Positions 1 to 10,366 are shown, counted from the first letter of the stretch. The stretch: 64,000 nt of DNA from an uncultured Gemmatimonadales bacterium (GCA_963701965.1 OY969695.1:2208001-2272000); one strand, 5' to 3'. Notes: generated by a model from the sequence alone, not told the origin. Translations and numbers: made by a program.

Positions 1-127
1 TCGTCGTCGACAAGCGCTGACGCCGACTACAGCGGATTACGCCGCCGGCTATCGAGATGATTTTGCCGTAGGGCGTTTTCGCGATAGATTACGAAATCGT
101 CATACGCTCGATTCCTGAGAGGATCCC

Positions 128-334
128 ATGGACGCGGTCACGCTCTCGCCCAAGTTTCAGGTGGTGATCCCCCGCCGCGTGCGCGAGGCCCTGAAGTGGC
201 AGCCGGGCGACAAGCTACAGGCGCTTATTGTCGGTGACGCCGTGCAGCTGATCCCGGTGCGCCCGATGCGCGCCATGCGCGGGTTCGCCCGCGGCATTGA
301 CACGTCGGTCGAGCGCGAGGACGACCGTGCCTAA
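128..334 (+). CDS. AbrB/MazE/SpoVT-family antitoxin (VapB-like)
   Basis: N-terminal VTLSPKFQVVIPRRVREAL..PGD swapped-hairpin motif; GAGG RBS; overlaps the PIN toxin gene. Confidence 0.9.
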   Translation: MDAVTLSPKFQVVIPRRVREALKWQPGDKLQALIVGDAVQLIPVRPMRAMRGFARGIDTSVEREDDRA

Positions 335-767
335 GCGCTCGCCCGGCGTGCGCGAGCGGCCGGCGGCGGCCCGGGCTCCCGGTCACAACGTCGTCGACTC
401 GTCGGCATGGCTCGAATACTTCGCCGACGCGCCCAACGCCGGTCACTTCGCGCCGGCCATCGAGGCAGTGGCCGGTCTCATCGTTCCTTCGATCACGCTC
501 TACGAGGTGTACAAGCGGCTCGACGAACAGCGCGGCCGTGCGTACGCCCAACGAGGTGTCGCGCAAATGATGCAGGGGGGAGTCGTCGACCTCGACGCCC
601 ACATCGCCCTCACGGCCGCGCAGACGAGTCGGGCCGAACACTTGCCCATGGCGGACAGCATCATCCTGGCCACATCGCGCCTGCATAAGGCCGAGCTATG
701 GACGCAGGACGACCACTTCGAGAACACGCCCGGCGTTCGCTACTTTCGGAAGGTCCTCAAGAAGTAG
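327..767 (+). CDS. vapC: PIN-domain toxin (VapC family)
   Basis: VVDSSAWLEYF, ITLYEV, MADSIILAT and WTQDDHF acidic PIN motifs; likely GTG start at 327 overlapping the antitoxin end. Confidence 0.9.
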   Translation: MPKRSPGVRERPAAARAPGHNVVDSSAWLEYFADAPNAGHFAPAIEAVAGLIVPSITLYEVYKRLDEQRGRAYAQRGVAQMMQGGVVDLDAHIALTAAQTSRAEHLPMADSIILATSRLHKAELWTQDDHFENTPGVRYFRKVLKK

Positions 768-887
768 TCGGCGGCCGGGCGACCGGAACCAATTCGACTG
801 TCGCATCGATGGGACCGGGAGTCCCACAACCGCACACGAGCCGTTGCACATCCGGCCGCAAGTGACTGAACGACAGAGAGTTACACG

Positions 888-903
888 CGGCACGATCCTG
901 GCT
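888..903 (+). promoter_or_regulatory. putative sigma-54 -24/-12 promoter
   Basis: CGGCACGatccTGGCT with GG(889-890)-N10-GC(901-902); TGGGAC-N5-GTCCCA palindrome upstream at 810-826. Confidence 0.45.
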
Positions 904-918
904 TTGGGGGTGGGCCAT

Positions 919-3363
919 ATGCGAGATCTCAAGGCCGCTTTCCGCTCTCTGGCCCGCGCCAAGGGCCTGTCGATCACCGTCATCCTCACGCTCGCCCTGG
1001 GGATCGGCGCCAACGCCGCGATCTTCACCCTGGTCCGCGGCGTGCTGCTCCGCCCGCTCGTCAACCGCGATGAGCAGCAGCTGGTCTACATTCACCAGAG
1101 CCAGAGCGGGTTCGGGGACGATAACGCCGAGTTTTCGGTCCCCGAGCTCAAGGACATTGAATCCGGTGTCCACGCGTTCAACGCATACGGCGACTTCTCG
1201 CAGATCGGCTTCGTGTTGGTGGGCCTCGGCGAGCCGCGCGAAGTCCGCGCGGGTGTCGTCGGTGGCTCGTACTTCGATGTCATGGGCCTCCATCCGGTCC
1301 TCGGCCGCCTCATCGGCCCACGCGATGACGGCCCGGCGGCGGCCGGCGTGGTCGTCCTGACGTACCGATTCTGGTCCTCGGTCCTCCATAGCGATCGCGC
1401 CGTGCTCGGCAAGACGGTGCGTCTCGGCAGCGGGGCCCTGGGTACGCGCAACGCCACCATCATTGGCGTCCTCGAGCCGTCGATCCCCTATCCGGCCGAG
1501 ACCGAGATCATCGGGAACATGGTCACGAGCCCGCATCATCTCTCGGCGACGATGGTGACGGGCCGCGTCCACCGCATGACGGAGCTCTTCGGCCGGCTCG
1601 CGCCCGGCGCGACCCTCGAGCAAGCGCGCGCCCAGCTCCAGACCGTGTATGCCGAGATGGTGCGACAACATCCCGAGGCGTATCCCAAGCAAGCCGAGCC
1701 CACCATCAGCGCGGTCCGTCTGCGCGACCAGATCACTGTCCGCGCTCGCCCGGTGCTGCTCGTCCTTCTTGCCGCCTCCGGCCTGGTGTTCATCATCGCG
1801 TGCTCGAACGTGGCGAACCTGCTGCTCGCCCGCGCGGTACGTCGGGAAAGCGAGCTCGCGGTGCGCGCCGCGCTCGGCGCCAGCGCGCGCACACTCCGCC
1901 GCGCCCTGCTGGCCGAAAGCCTGCTGCTGTGTGGGGCCGGGGCACTCCTCGGCGTGCTGACCGCGCGCCCCATGGTCGCGATTCTCGCCCGCTACGCGTC
2001 GCGATTCTCCGTCCGCGCGCTCGATCTCACGGTCGACTCCAGCATGCTCTGGGTCGGCGCCGGACTCGCGATCGTCGCGTCCGTGGTCCTCGCGTTCGTC
2101 CCGCGCCTCCCATCGGCAGGGTTCGGACTGGCGAGTGGCGGCGTGCGCATCACCAGCGGCACGAACCGCCGGCTCCAGCTCTTCGCGGTCACGCAGATCG
2201 CGCTTTCGTTCGTCCTGCTGACCGGCGCCAGCGTGCTCTTGAAGACCCTGCTGGATCTGCAAACCGCCCGCACGGGTCTCGACCTCGCGCACGTGCTGGC
2301 CGTCAACGTCCCGGTGGACGGCTATGGCCGCACACAAGCGCAGGTCGCCGAGTTCTACAAGGAAGCGACTCGGCGCGTAGGCCAACTGCCCGGCGTCGAC
2401 GGCGTCGCGTACGGGAATACGGTGCCCTGGCGTGACGGGGACTTCCGGTTCGGCATGGAGTTCTCAGCCGAGGGACACGCCGCAGCTTCGGCAGAGGACA
2501 AGCCCCGCGCCGAGTATCGCACCATCTCACCGGGATATTTCGCTGCGCTGGGCGTACCGATCCTCGCCGGGCGTGACTTCAATGATCTCGATCGCGACAC
2601 GGTCGACGAGGTCGTGATCATCAGCAAGACCGTCGCCGAGCGGATGTTCCCAGGCCAGGATCCGCTCAATCATCATGTGACGTGGACCGACCCCGTGATC
2701 CAGTTCGGGGGCATCCGACCGACGCCTCGCCGCATCGTCGGCGTCGTGGGCGACATCGACGATTTGCACGTCCTGCCCGGACCCACGCTCACCATCTACC
2801 ATCCCATCGAGCAAGAAGGCATGTTCGGCGGGCGCTTGTTCGTGCACACGCGCGCCAACCCCTACACGCTGGTCAGGCCGATCACCCGCACGATCCGCGA
2901 TCTCTCCGCGGATCAACCGGTCGAGCACGCGGCAACGCTCGCGGATGTGCGCGCCGATGTGCTGTCACCGGACCGCCTGAATTCCCTGGTGTTCGGCGGA
3001 TTCGCCATCGTCGCACTCGCCATCGCGATCGTCGGCGTCGCGGGCGTCCTGGCGTTCTCCGTCAGCGCCCGCACCCGCGAGTTCGGCATCCGTCTCGCCG
3101 TCGGCTCGCAGTCGAGCCGCTTGTTGGCGGGTGTCGTGCGTGAAGGGGCGGTGATGGCCACCGCGGGGATCGTCGCCGGCGCCGCGTTCGGCTATCTCCT
3201 GGCCCGCGTGGCCGGCAGCTACATCCTCGACGTGAAGATGCCGGGCGCGCTCCCCGTCGTCGTCTCGGCGGTGATTCTGCTGGTCGCCGCGATCGCCGCG
3301 TCGGTGCTCCCCGCCGCCCGCGCCGCGCGTGTCGACGTCATCCAAGCGCTCCGCTCGGAGTGA
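919..3363 (+). CDS. ADOP-type duplicated MacB/FtsX ABC permease
   Basis: LTLALGIGANAAIF, IACSNVANLLLAR..R..ELAVRAALGA, RTREFGIRLAVG, PAARAARVD..ALRSE; two MacB/FtsX halves; ATG 919 preferred as start. Confidence 0.92.
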   Translation: MRDLKAAFRSLARAKGLSITVILTLALGIGANAAIFTLVRGVLLRPLVNRDEQQLVYIHQSQSGFGDDNAEFSVPELKDIESGVHAFNAYGDFSQIGFVLVGLGEPREVRAGVVGGSYFDVMGLHPVLGRLIGPRDDGPAAAGVVVLTYRFWSSVLHSDRAVLGKTVRLGSGALGTRNATIIGVLEPSIPYPAETEIIGNMVTSPHHLSATMVTGRVHRMTELFGRLAPGATLEQARAQLQTVYAEMVRQHPEAYPKQAEPTISAVRLRDQITVRARPVLLVLLAASGLVFIIACSNVANLLLARAVRRESELAVRAALGASARTLRRALLAESLLLCGAGALLGVLTARPMVAILARYASRFSVRALDLTVDSSMLWVGAGLAIVASVVLAFVPRLPSAGFGLASGGVRITSGTNRRLQLFAVTQIALSFVLLTGASVLLKTLLDLQTARTGLDLAHVLAVNVPVDGYGRTQAQVAEFYKEATRRVGQLPGVDGVAYGNTVPWRDGDFRFGMEFSAEGHAAASAEDKPRAEYRTISPGYFAALGVPILAGRDFNDLDRDTVDEVVIISKTVAERMFPGQDPLNHHVTWTDPVIQFGGIRPTPRRIVGVVGDIDDLHVLPGPTLTIYHPIEQEGMFGGRLFVHTRANPYTLVRPITRTIRDLSADQPVEHAATLADVRADVLSPDRLNSLVFGGFAIVALAIAIVGVAGVLAFSVSARTREFGIRLAVGSQSSRLLAGVVREGAVMATAGIVAGAAFGYLLARVAGSYILDVKMPGALPVVVSAVILLVAAIAASVLPAARAARVDVIQALRSE

Positions 3364-3459
3364 TCGGCTCGAACCCCGGCGAATTGTTTTTCAACGCTCA
3401 TGGATCACGTTAAATCTTCGAAATTGTAGTTAAGGCCGCTCAACACTAGACTGGTCGGC

Positions 3460-4014
3460 ATGCGCCGCTCAGTCCTTTCGGGTCTCGAACTGCTGATAGC
3501 GATGGGCGCCACCTGCGCGCCGCTGTCAGCCCAGACCGATAACCCCACCGCGAATGGTGGGAACAATGCTGATTCATCCACCCAGCAAGCCCCATCGCTC
3601 GTCGGCACATGGATCCTTACGGGAGCCGACAAGCAGTTCCCCGACGGCATGCTGCTCGCCGACTATGGCCCGAGCCCACACGGCCAAGTGATCTTCACGG
3701 CCGACGGGTACTACTCCGTGCAGATCTACCGCGCGGCACGAACGAAGTTCGCATCAGGCGACAAATCCAAGGGCACGCCCGAGGAATACCGGGACGCGAC
3801 GCTCGGCATGAGTGATCACTTCGGCCGGTATAGCGTCGATCCCATCCATCACACGATCACCTTTCACATCGATCGATCATCGTATCCGAATATCAATGAC
3901 ACGTCGCCGGTCCGTCCGTACGAGTTGAAGGGTGACGTGCTGTCCTGGAGAGTCGAGGCAAGACCGGATGGCTCGGTGCCGATTACGACGATGCGCCGCG
4001 CATCGACTCATTGA
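3460..4014 (+). CDS. secreted lipocalin-like domain protein
   Basis: Signal peptide; LVGTWIL, YGPSPHGQVIFTADGYYSVQI, HFGRYSVD pattern. Confidence 0.8.
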   Translation: MRRSVLSGLELLIAMGATCAPLSAQTDNPTANGGNNADSSTQQAPSLVGTWILTGADKQFPDGMLLADYGPSPHGQVIFTADGYYSVQIYRAARTKFASGDKSKGTPEEYRDATLGMSDHFGRYSVDPIHHTITFHIDRSSYPNINDTSPVRPYELKGDVLSWRVEARPDGSVPITTMRRASTH

Positions 4015-4030
4015 CCGTTCGCCACAGGAG

Positions 4031-4654
4031 CTACGCCCTTTTCGCGGCGTGACGCGCGGAGCGCTCGACCAGCGTGGCCTTGACTGCCTGCCACTCGCTA
4101 TCGAGGATCGCAAAGTAGACCATATCGCGCCGCCGTCCGGAGTCGGCGATCAGATGCTGCCGAAAGATCCCTTCCTGGACCGCGCCAAGCCGCGTGATGG
4201 CCGCGCGCGACTGCGCATTGTTGGTCTCGGTCTTGAACACCACCCGGATGGCGCCCAACGTCTCGAAGGCGTGCGTGAGCAGCAGCAGCTTGGCCTCACC
4301 ATTCGCCCCCGTCCGCTGCCACGCCGGTGCGAGCCACGTATATCCGATCTCCAGTCGGCGGTGCTCCGGCGCGATCTCCATGTATCGCGTACTGCCGACG
4401 ACGTGACCGCTCGCCTGATCGACGATGACAAAGGGCTCCGACACGCCGCGCCGGCGCTGCTCGAGGGCCGTCGTCACATAGCGCCGCATGTCATCAACGC
4501 TCGCGATCGGCGCCGGCTGCCACCGCCAGAGCTCAGGCTCCAGCCCAACCCGCGCCAGCGCTTCCACATGTTCGAGCGTCAACGGCTCGAGCCGCACGAC
4601 CGATCCGGTGAGCGTGACCGGCTCAACGCGCACAGACACGCCCAGCGGAATCAA
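4031..4654 (-). CDS. GNAT N-acetyltransferase (RimJ/RimL-like)
   Basis: VRLEPL, GSTRY, LEIGYTWL..WQRTGAN.EAKLLLL.HAFE, N..SRAAI.RLGA.QEG..R. Confidence 0.9.
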   Translation of the reverse strand: MIPLGVSVRVEPVTLTGSVVRLEPLTLEHVEALARVGLEPELWRWQPAPIASVDDMRRYVTTALEQRRRGVSEPFVIVDQASGHVVGSTRYMEIAPEHRRLEIGYTWLAPAWQRTGANGEAKLLLLTHAFETLGAIRVVFKTETNNAQSRAAITRLGAVQEGIFRQHLIADSGRRRDMVYFAILDSEWQAVKATLVERSARHAAKRA

Positions 4655-4678
4655 AGAGGCGAACGATCACGCCCCATT

Positions 4679-5586
4679 CTAGCGTCCAACGGGCCGCGTG
4701 GCCACCAGCCGGTCACGGGACGTATGGAGGGTGGCGGGCGCGGGCTTTAGCGCACGGTCGTAGGCCGGCGTCCCCGCCGGATGCGGCCAGAACGCCACGC
4801 CCCATGGCGCTGGGTTGTCGGTCGTCCCGATATACGTCGCAGTTTGGGCGCCGCCGGCGGCGAGTTGCGCCGCGGTCAGGTGGTAGAGACCGCCGCGGAA
4901 TTCGGCGACCCACACCCCGCCGATGGCATCGAACGCGATGTTGTTCAAGCTGAACACGGTGTGCCCGGTCACGTTGATGCTGACCGTGGTCGTGGGCGTG
5001 ACTCCGGTGGCGCTCGCGGCGAGCTGGCTCGCCGCGAATTCGAACAGCGCGTTGCCCTGCTGCGCGACCCACAAATTGCCCGACGCATCGAACGCCGAGT
5101 AGCCAATGTTCGGCGCGTTGGTGAGTTGGAGCGTGATCGACGGATTGACGCTGACGGTTCCTGAGTGTGCGCGCTGCGATGGGTGAACGCGTAGATGCCC
5201 ACAGGGCCGAACAGATCCGTCACCCACAGATTGCCGCTGGCGTCGAACGCGAGGCCCCACGGACTGACCATGACCGGATTGCTCACCGCCGGCCCGATGA
5301 TCAGGTTCGGCGCGGCCGAGCTGGCGCCGTGCATCGCGGCGAGCTGATGGGCGGTGTACTCGCTGATGTCGAGGTGTGTCGCATCGTTGAAAAACAGGTC
5401 GCCATTGGTGTCGAACGTCACGCCCATGATCCGCGGGTTGTTGGGCACCGTGATCGTCAGCGAGGGCGTGAGGTTTCCGCCGGTGAGCAGCGACTCCGCG
5501 TATTCAACGATCGTGCTATTGCCGGCGACCCAGAGGTTGCCGCTCCGATCGACGGCGAGGGCGGTCTGCAGGGGTACGTTCGCCAG
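4679..5586 (-). pseudogene. NHL/SMP-30-like beta-propeller repeat protein, 5'-truncated and frameshifted
   Basis: Repeats LAVDRSGNLWV, LAFDASGNLWV, AFDASGNLWV, IAFDAIGGVWV split over two frames; shift at a C-run near 5181; frame opens right after a TAG with no ATG or signal peptide. Confidence 0.7.
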
Positions 5587-5639
5587 CTAGAGGAACCCGT
5601 CGTCGCCGGCGGTCAGGCGGAGTTTGGGTGGGCGTTCTG

Positions 5640-6050
5640 TCAACGGCCGAGCATGTGCGCGAGGTCCCGCCGTCGCCCCCATACGACGAAGCTCGAAAGG
5701 AGGAGCAGCACCACCGGCGCCGTCGGAGGAACGTGCAAAAAGAAGAGGTGCGCGGTGATGGCGCCGAGCATGATGACGGCGAGCAGCCCAGCCCCGATGC
5801 TCTTGGTCTTCGGCACCACGATCAACACGGCTCCGGTGAGCTCGAGGATGCCCGTTACGTACCGAAACCACTGGCCAATGCCCACGGCGTTGAAGAGCGC
5901 CACCATGGCGGGCGCTCCGATCAACTTCTGAGAGGACGCCCCGAGGAACGCCAGCGCGAGCAACGCCTGCACGCACCACAGGATGACGTTGAGCGCTTTG
6001 CCGGGACCGGTGTCGATGTTGCTCTGATGAGGAGTTGCCGATGCACTCAT
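5640..6050 (-). CDS. DoxX family membrane protein
   Basis: LW.VQALLALAFLGAS..KL, WFRYVTGILEL.GAVL, MLGAI.AHL; four hydrophobic segments. Confidence 0.88.
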   Translation of the reverse strand: MSASATPHQSNIDTGPGKALNVILWCVQALLALAFLGASSQKLIGAPAMVALFNAVGIGQWFRYVTGILELTGAVLIVVPKTKSIGAGLLAVIMLGAITAHLFFLHVPPTAPVVLLLLSSFVVWGRRRDLAHMLGR

Positions 6051-6077
6051 GGCTTCGTTCCTTGTGGTTGAATCGTG

Positions 6078-6410
6078 TTACGCGGCGATGGCGGATACCT
6101 TGACCAACGCGGCGGCAACTGCGTGATCAGCAGCCTCTGGTCCGAATGCGACGCCCTCTATAGTGACCAGCTCAATGTCATTGAGACCAATGAACGGAAG
6201 CGCCGCGCGCAGGTACGCTTCTTGGAAGTTGAATTGCTGCATCGGGCCTTCGCTGCAGACGCCGCCCCGGGCCAGGACCAGGTAGATCTTCTTGCCTTTG
6301 ATCAGTCCCTCTGGTCCATTGCTCGAGTAATTGAACGTCAAACGCGGACGCACGATATAGTCGATGTACGCTTTCAGGTTTGACGGAATGCCGAAGTTGA
6401 TCATCCCGTA
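6078..6410 (-). pseudogene. azoR: FMN-dependent NADH-azoreductase, C-terminal half only
   Basis: MINFGIPSNLKAYIDYIVR..LTF.Y...GPEGL..GKK.YLV.ARGG and YLR..L.FIGL.D motifs; N-terminal half absent. Confidence 0.8.
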
Positions 6411-6510
6411 CCGGGCCCAACCGTTGCACCCACGATGAACAAAGCCCGCCGGATCGCGGCGGGCACGTGGACCTTGATCTCCTTCGAGCCGGATGGGGGG
6501 GTGGCAGCCG

Positions 6511-7857
6511 TCAGAGCCACCCACCCTGGAAGCCTGCGCGGCGCAGACCTGCGATGATGTAAGGCGAGCGGCGGGTGATATTCCAAATCAACTCCGAGCG
6601 GTAGTTCTCGATCATGAGCGCGACCGGCCCCTGGTCGATCCCGAAGTGATAGGGGGTCACCCACCAGCCAGTGGAGCTGTCCGGCACTCGGTACGTCTGA
6701 TTGTATGATGCTTTGAAGCCGTAGCGCTTCGTCATGCCGAGGTCGAGCCCCGCCATGGCGCGGACGGTCGGGATGACGATCTCCGGAGCGAATGGCAGCG
6801 AGGCGACGGCGACCCAGGGCGCTAGCGTCCCGTCGTCAGGCCCGAAGGGTGCCCCGCGCGCATTGTAATCGTAGAACTGTCGCTGGACGCCGTTTACCAA
6901 CCGGCTCTCCCAGGCGGGGCCATCGGTCGCCGTAATCCCCCAGGCGAATTCGCCGTAGCCGGCGAACTCGAACGGATTGCGGCGCGCGTACTCTTGGTGA
7001 ACGAATGTCGCCTGCCGGCTGTTCTCGAAGTAGTTGCTGTGATGCTCCCGCATGAACGCATCGGCGAGGTCGCGAAAGTCGATCCAAATGTGCGAGAGCT
7101 GGTGCGTGAACAGCGGCCCGGAGTAGAGCAGCTCGCGGCCGTAGATCTCTCTCCATTGGTACGTCGAGCAATAGGCGGCGTAGCTCTCTGGCGGCAGGGG
7201 GCAGGTCGGTGAGCCGAGGGCGAGCAGATAGACGAGCAGCGCCTCATCGTAGCCCATCCAATAGTGGGGAATGAAGCCGCTCTCCGGGCGCCAGCCGTGG
7301 CAGATGGCCGGACCACCGTTCGTGGCCCATTCCCAGTCGGCGCGGCTATACAGCTCGTGGACCAGGCGACGAACCGCGGTTTCCTCCTCGGTATCGGCGT
7401 CGAAGTAGGCGGCACACGTGAGCATTCCGGCAAACAGGAATGCGGAATCGATGGTCGATAGCTCGCACTCCCAGACGCGCTCGCCCGTCTTCATGTCCAG
7501 GAAGTGATAGTAGAAGCCCCGATATCCGGTCGCATTCGACTGCGGTCCCTGCGGGCTGTCGCGGAAGAACCGAAGCCGCTTCAGCGCTAGCTCCGGAGCG
7601 AACTCGCGGGCGACGACGCCGCGTTCGACGAGCACGGGGAGATTGGCCAGCGCGAGACCCGTGGCGGCAATGCTTGCCGGTGCCCCGGGCGCGGTCTTGT
7701 CGCGGACCAGCCCATTGGTCGGGTTGCTCTCGTGGACGTAGTACTGCAGCGTCGTGAGCTGTAGCATGGCCAGCTCTGCATCACTCACTGAGCCACCGGC
7801 CACGTGCCCGGTCGTTCCGCGTTCGGTCGCGTCCATGATGGCCCCTACCCGTGGCAT
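6511..7857 (-). CDS. glucoamylase-family (GH144-like, putative beta-1,2-glucanase) hydrolase
   Basis: NGLVRD, SIAATGLAL, GYRGFYYHFLDM.TG.R, ELSTIDSA, GYDEAL, LF.HQ.SH.W, GIDQGP..MIENYR. Confidence 0.85.
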   Translation of the reverse strand: MPRVGAIMDATERGTTGHVAGGSVSDAELAMLQLTTLQYYVHESNPTNGLVRDKTAPGAPASIAATGLALANLPVLVERGVVAREFAPELALKRLRFFRDSPQGPQSNATGYRGFYYHFLDMKTGERVWECELSTIDSAFLFAGMLTCAAYFDADTEEETAVRRLVHELYSRADWEWATNGGPAICHGWRPESGFIPHYWMGYDEALLVYLLALGSPTCPLPPESYAAYCSTYQWREIYGRELLYSGPLFTHQLSHIWIDFRDLADAFMREHHSNYFENSRQATFVHQEYARRNPFEFAGYGEFAWGITATDGPAWESRLVNGVQRQFYDYNARGAPFGPDDGTLAPWVAVASLPFAPEIVIPTVRAMAGLDLGMTKRYGFKASYNQTYRVPDSSTGWWVTPYHFGIDQGPVALMIENYRSELIWNITRRSPYIIAGLRRAGFQGGWL

Positions 7858-7970
7858 ATCTCGGGCCCTCGGCCACGTGCACGATCACGGCAGGGGTCGT
7901 CGCCGGTGACGACGACCAAAGTACAATAGCAGTGAGCGGACGCTCGCTCCAAGATTGGTAGCGCCAAGAC

Positions 7971-9479
7971 GTGGAGGTACGGAACGTGGATGTCGTCTCG
8001 GTGGCATGCGACGTCCGACAGCCTGGCACGCCGCTGCCTCATGCATGGGAGCACACCGTCGGGAGCGGGCATGCGCTCCTCGCGCTACGCGCGGACTACC
8101 AGGCGCAACTCCAACGCTGCCACGATGAGTTGGGGATGCGCCACGTGCGCTTCCACGGACTTCTGTCGGACGATGTGGGAACGCTCGTCTGCGTGCAGAA
8201 CCACTTGCTCTATTCGTTCTTCAACGCTGAGACGATCTGGGATGCGCTCCTCGCGATGGACGTGCGACCATTCGTCGAGTTGAGCTTCATGCCGGCGACC
8301 CTGGCCTCGGGGCCGCAAGTCGTCTTCCACTACGCCGGCCGCATCAGCCCGCCCAAGGACTACACGGAGTGGGCCGAGCTCGTTCGGCGATTGGCCGCCC
8401 ACGCGGTGAGACGATATGGGCGCGACGAGGTCGCGCGTTGGTTCTTCGAGGCGTGGAACGAGCCGAATCTCGACGCGTTCTGGACGGGCAGCCAGAGCGA
8501 TTACTTCCGGCTCTATCAGCACACGGCACAGGCGATTAGAAGCGTCGATGACACGCTGCGCGTCGGCGGCCCCGCAACCGCCGGCAACGAATGGATCTCG
8601 GACTTTCTGGCCTTCTGCGAGCATACCCACGTCCCGGCGGACTTTGTCAGTACCCATCACTATCCGACCGATGCCTTCGGTCGGCCGGGCGACGACACGG
8701 TCGGTCAGCTCGCGGCCAGCACCCGAAGCGTGTTGCGTGACCGCGCCCGTGCGACGCACAGTCTGGTCGGCGACCGGCCGCTGTTTTACACGGAATGGTG
8801 TACGTCGTCCAACCCGCGCGACGCGCTGCACGATGAGCCGTATGCGGCGGCCGTCATCGTGAAAACCATGCTCGAGGCGCGCGGGTTCACGACCGGGTAC
8901 AGCTGGTGGACGTTCAGCGACCTGTTCGAAGAGAACTACTTCCCATCAGCGCCGTTCCATGGCGGATTCGGGCTGCTGACACTCCACGGCATCGCGAAGC
9001 CGTCGTATTGGGCCTTTGCGCTATTGCATCGTCTTGGTACGGATTTGGTGTTCGCCATGGAGAACGTCCACCCGACGGTCAATGCGTGGATCGTCCGGCA
9101 GCCTGACGACCGCGGCGTCACGGTCCTGCTCACCAATCACGCCTTGCCGCGCCACGACATCGCGACGGCGCACGTGCATATCGTGTTGAGCGGCATCGCT
9201 CGTCCCGCCGTGGTGATGACTCGCCGGATCGACGAGGCCCACGGTAACGCGAAGGCGCACTGGTGCACGCTCGGCAGTCCTGGCACGCTCTCGGTCGCCC
9301 AGGTCGATGAGCTCCGGGACGTGTCTCGCCTGGTGGCCGAACGGCAACCGTGGCGCTATGAAGACGGCGCGGTCCACATCGAGTTGGATCTTCCGCCTCA
9401 CGCGGTGGCGAGCGTGACGGTCGACACCTCGGTTGCGCCCGCCGAGCCGCCCGACGAATCGCCGACGCCCTGCACCTGA
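7971..9479 (+). CDS. GH39 beta-xylosidase-like glycoside hydrolase
   Basis: VRFHGLLSDD, PFVELSFMP, WNEPN (acid/base), DFVSTHHY, TEW (nucleophile), WTFSD.FEE, GGFGL. Confidence 0.9.
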   Translation: MEVRNVDVVSVACDVRQPGTPLPHAWEHTVGSGHALLALRADYQAQLQRCHDELGMRHVRFHGLLSDDVGTLVCVQNHLLYSFFNAETIWDALLAMDVRPFVELSFMPATLASGPQVVFHYAGRISPPKDYTEWAELVRRLAAHAVRRYGRDEVARWFFEAWNEPNLDAFWTGSQSDYFRLYQHTAQAIRSVDDTLRVGGPATAGNEWISDFLAFCEHTHVPADFVSTHHYPTDAFGRPGDDTVGQLAASTRSVLRDRARATHSLVGDRPLFYTEWCTSSNPRDALHDEPYAAAVIVKTMLEARGFTTGYSWWTFSDLFEENYFPSAPFHGGFGLLTLHGIAKPSYWAFALLHRLGTDLVFAMENVHPTVNAWIVRQPDDRGVTVLLTNHALPRHDIATAHVHIVLSGIARPAVVMTRRIDEAHGNAKAHWCTLGSPGTLSVAQVDELRDVSRLVAERQPWRYEDGAVHIELDLPPHAVASVTVDTSVAPAEPPDESPTPCT

Positions 9480-9521
9480 GAGGGGGGCGCGCCGCGTCGT
9501 CAGCGTCGGTGACGACCGTTA

Positions 9522-10130
9522 CTAGCGGTAGTTGCTGAATGTCGGTGGTTCATAGGCGTAAGTCGCCATGATGACACCAGTCGACGTCGCTTCACTCACC
9601 AGCAGCTTCATCGCGACTGGATGCGTGGTGCTGCCGAAGAGCCTTCTACCCTTTCCCAGCGCCAAGGGAAATGTCATCAGCAGGAGGCGATCGATGAGAT
9701 TGGCCTCCAACAGCTGCGGATAGAGGGTCGAACTGCCCCACAAGACAATGTCAGGCCCGTCGCCAGCTTTGACCTTCTTCAATTCGTCAACGCCGCGCAC
9801 CTGGTGGCTATTGACCCAGCCAAGGGTCCCCGTGCCGCTTGTCATCACATACTTCGTGGCCTTGGTGAGCACAGGCCCAATGGGATCGTCCCCAGGGACG
9901 TGCGGCCAATAGTTGGCCCAGATGTCGTACGTCTTGCGCCCGAACAGCAGGTCATTTGGCTTGGCGAGGGTGCCTACCATCCGCAGGACGGCGGCACCGG
10001 ATTTCTCATCCGAGTATTTCACGACCCATCCGCCAAGATCGAACCCGCCGCTCGGATCTTCAGTCGGGCCGCCAGGACCTTGCATCACGCCATCGAGCGA
10101 CACATATGCAATAGCAATGATCTTTCTCAC
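9522..10130 (-). CDS. dihydrofolate reductase-like / RibD C-terminal domain protein
   Basis: SLDGVMQGPGG..ED..GGF..GGW, LLFGRKTY, WGSSTL, P.ALGKGRRLF. Confidence 0.88.
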   Translation of the reverse strand: MRKIIAIAYVSLDGVMQGPGGPTEDPSGGFDLGGWVVKYSDEKSGAAVLRMVGTLAKPNDLLFGRKTYDIWANYWPHVPGDDPIGPVLTKATKYVMTSGTGTLGWVNSHQVRGVDELKKVKAGDGPDIVLWGSSTLYPQLLEANLIDRLLLMTFPLALGKGRRLFGSTTHPVAMKLLVSEATSTGVIMATYAYEPPTFSNYR

Positions 10131-10366
10131 TTTCGTCTCCTAGTGCCGGACGTCGTGACCGGATTCCACCCTGCGATCGACGGTTGGAAGAACGAGTTCG
10201 CGCGGATGCTGACAGACGACGCGATTCTAGGGGATCCTGAACTCTCGCTCTCTACTCATGAATCTATCTACGTTCCCGAGGCTGGCCTAGCAGAATATCA
10301 ATGTCGATGCGAACGGATGCGACGCGTCATTTAGCGCCAGTCTTCGATAGCCTGGCGATGATCACA

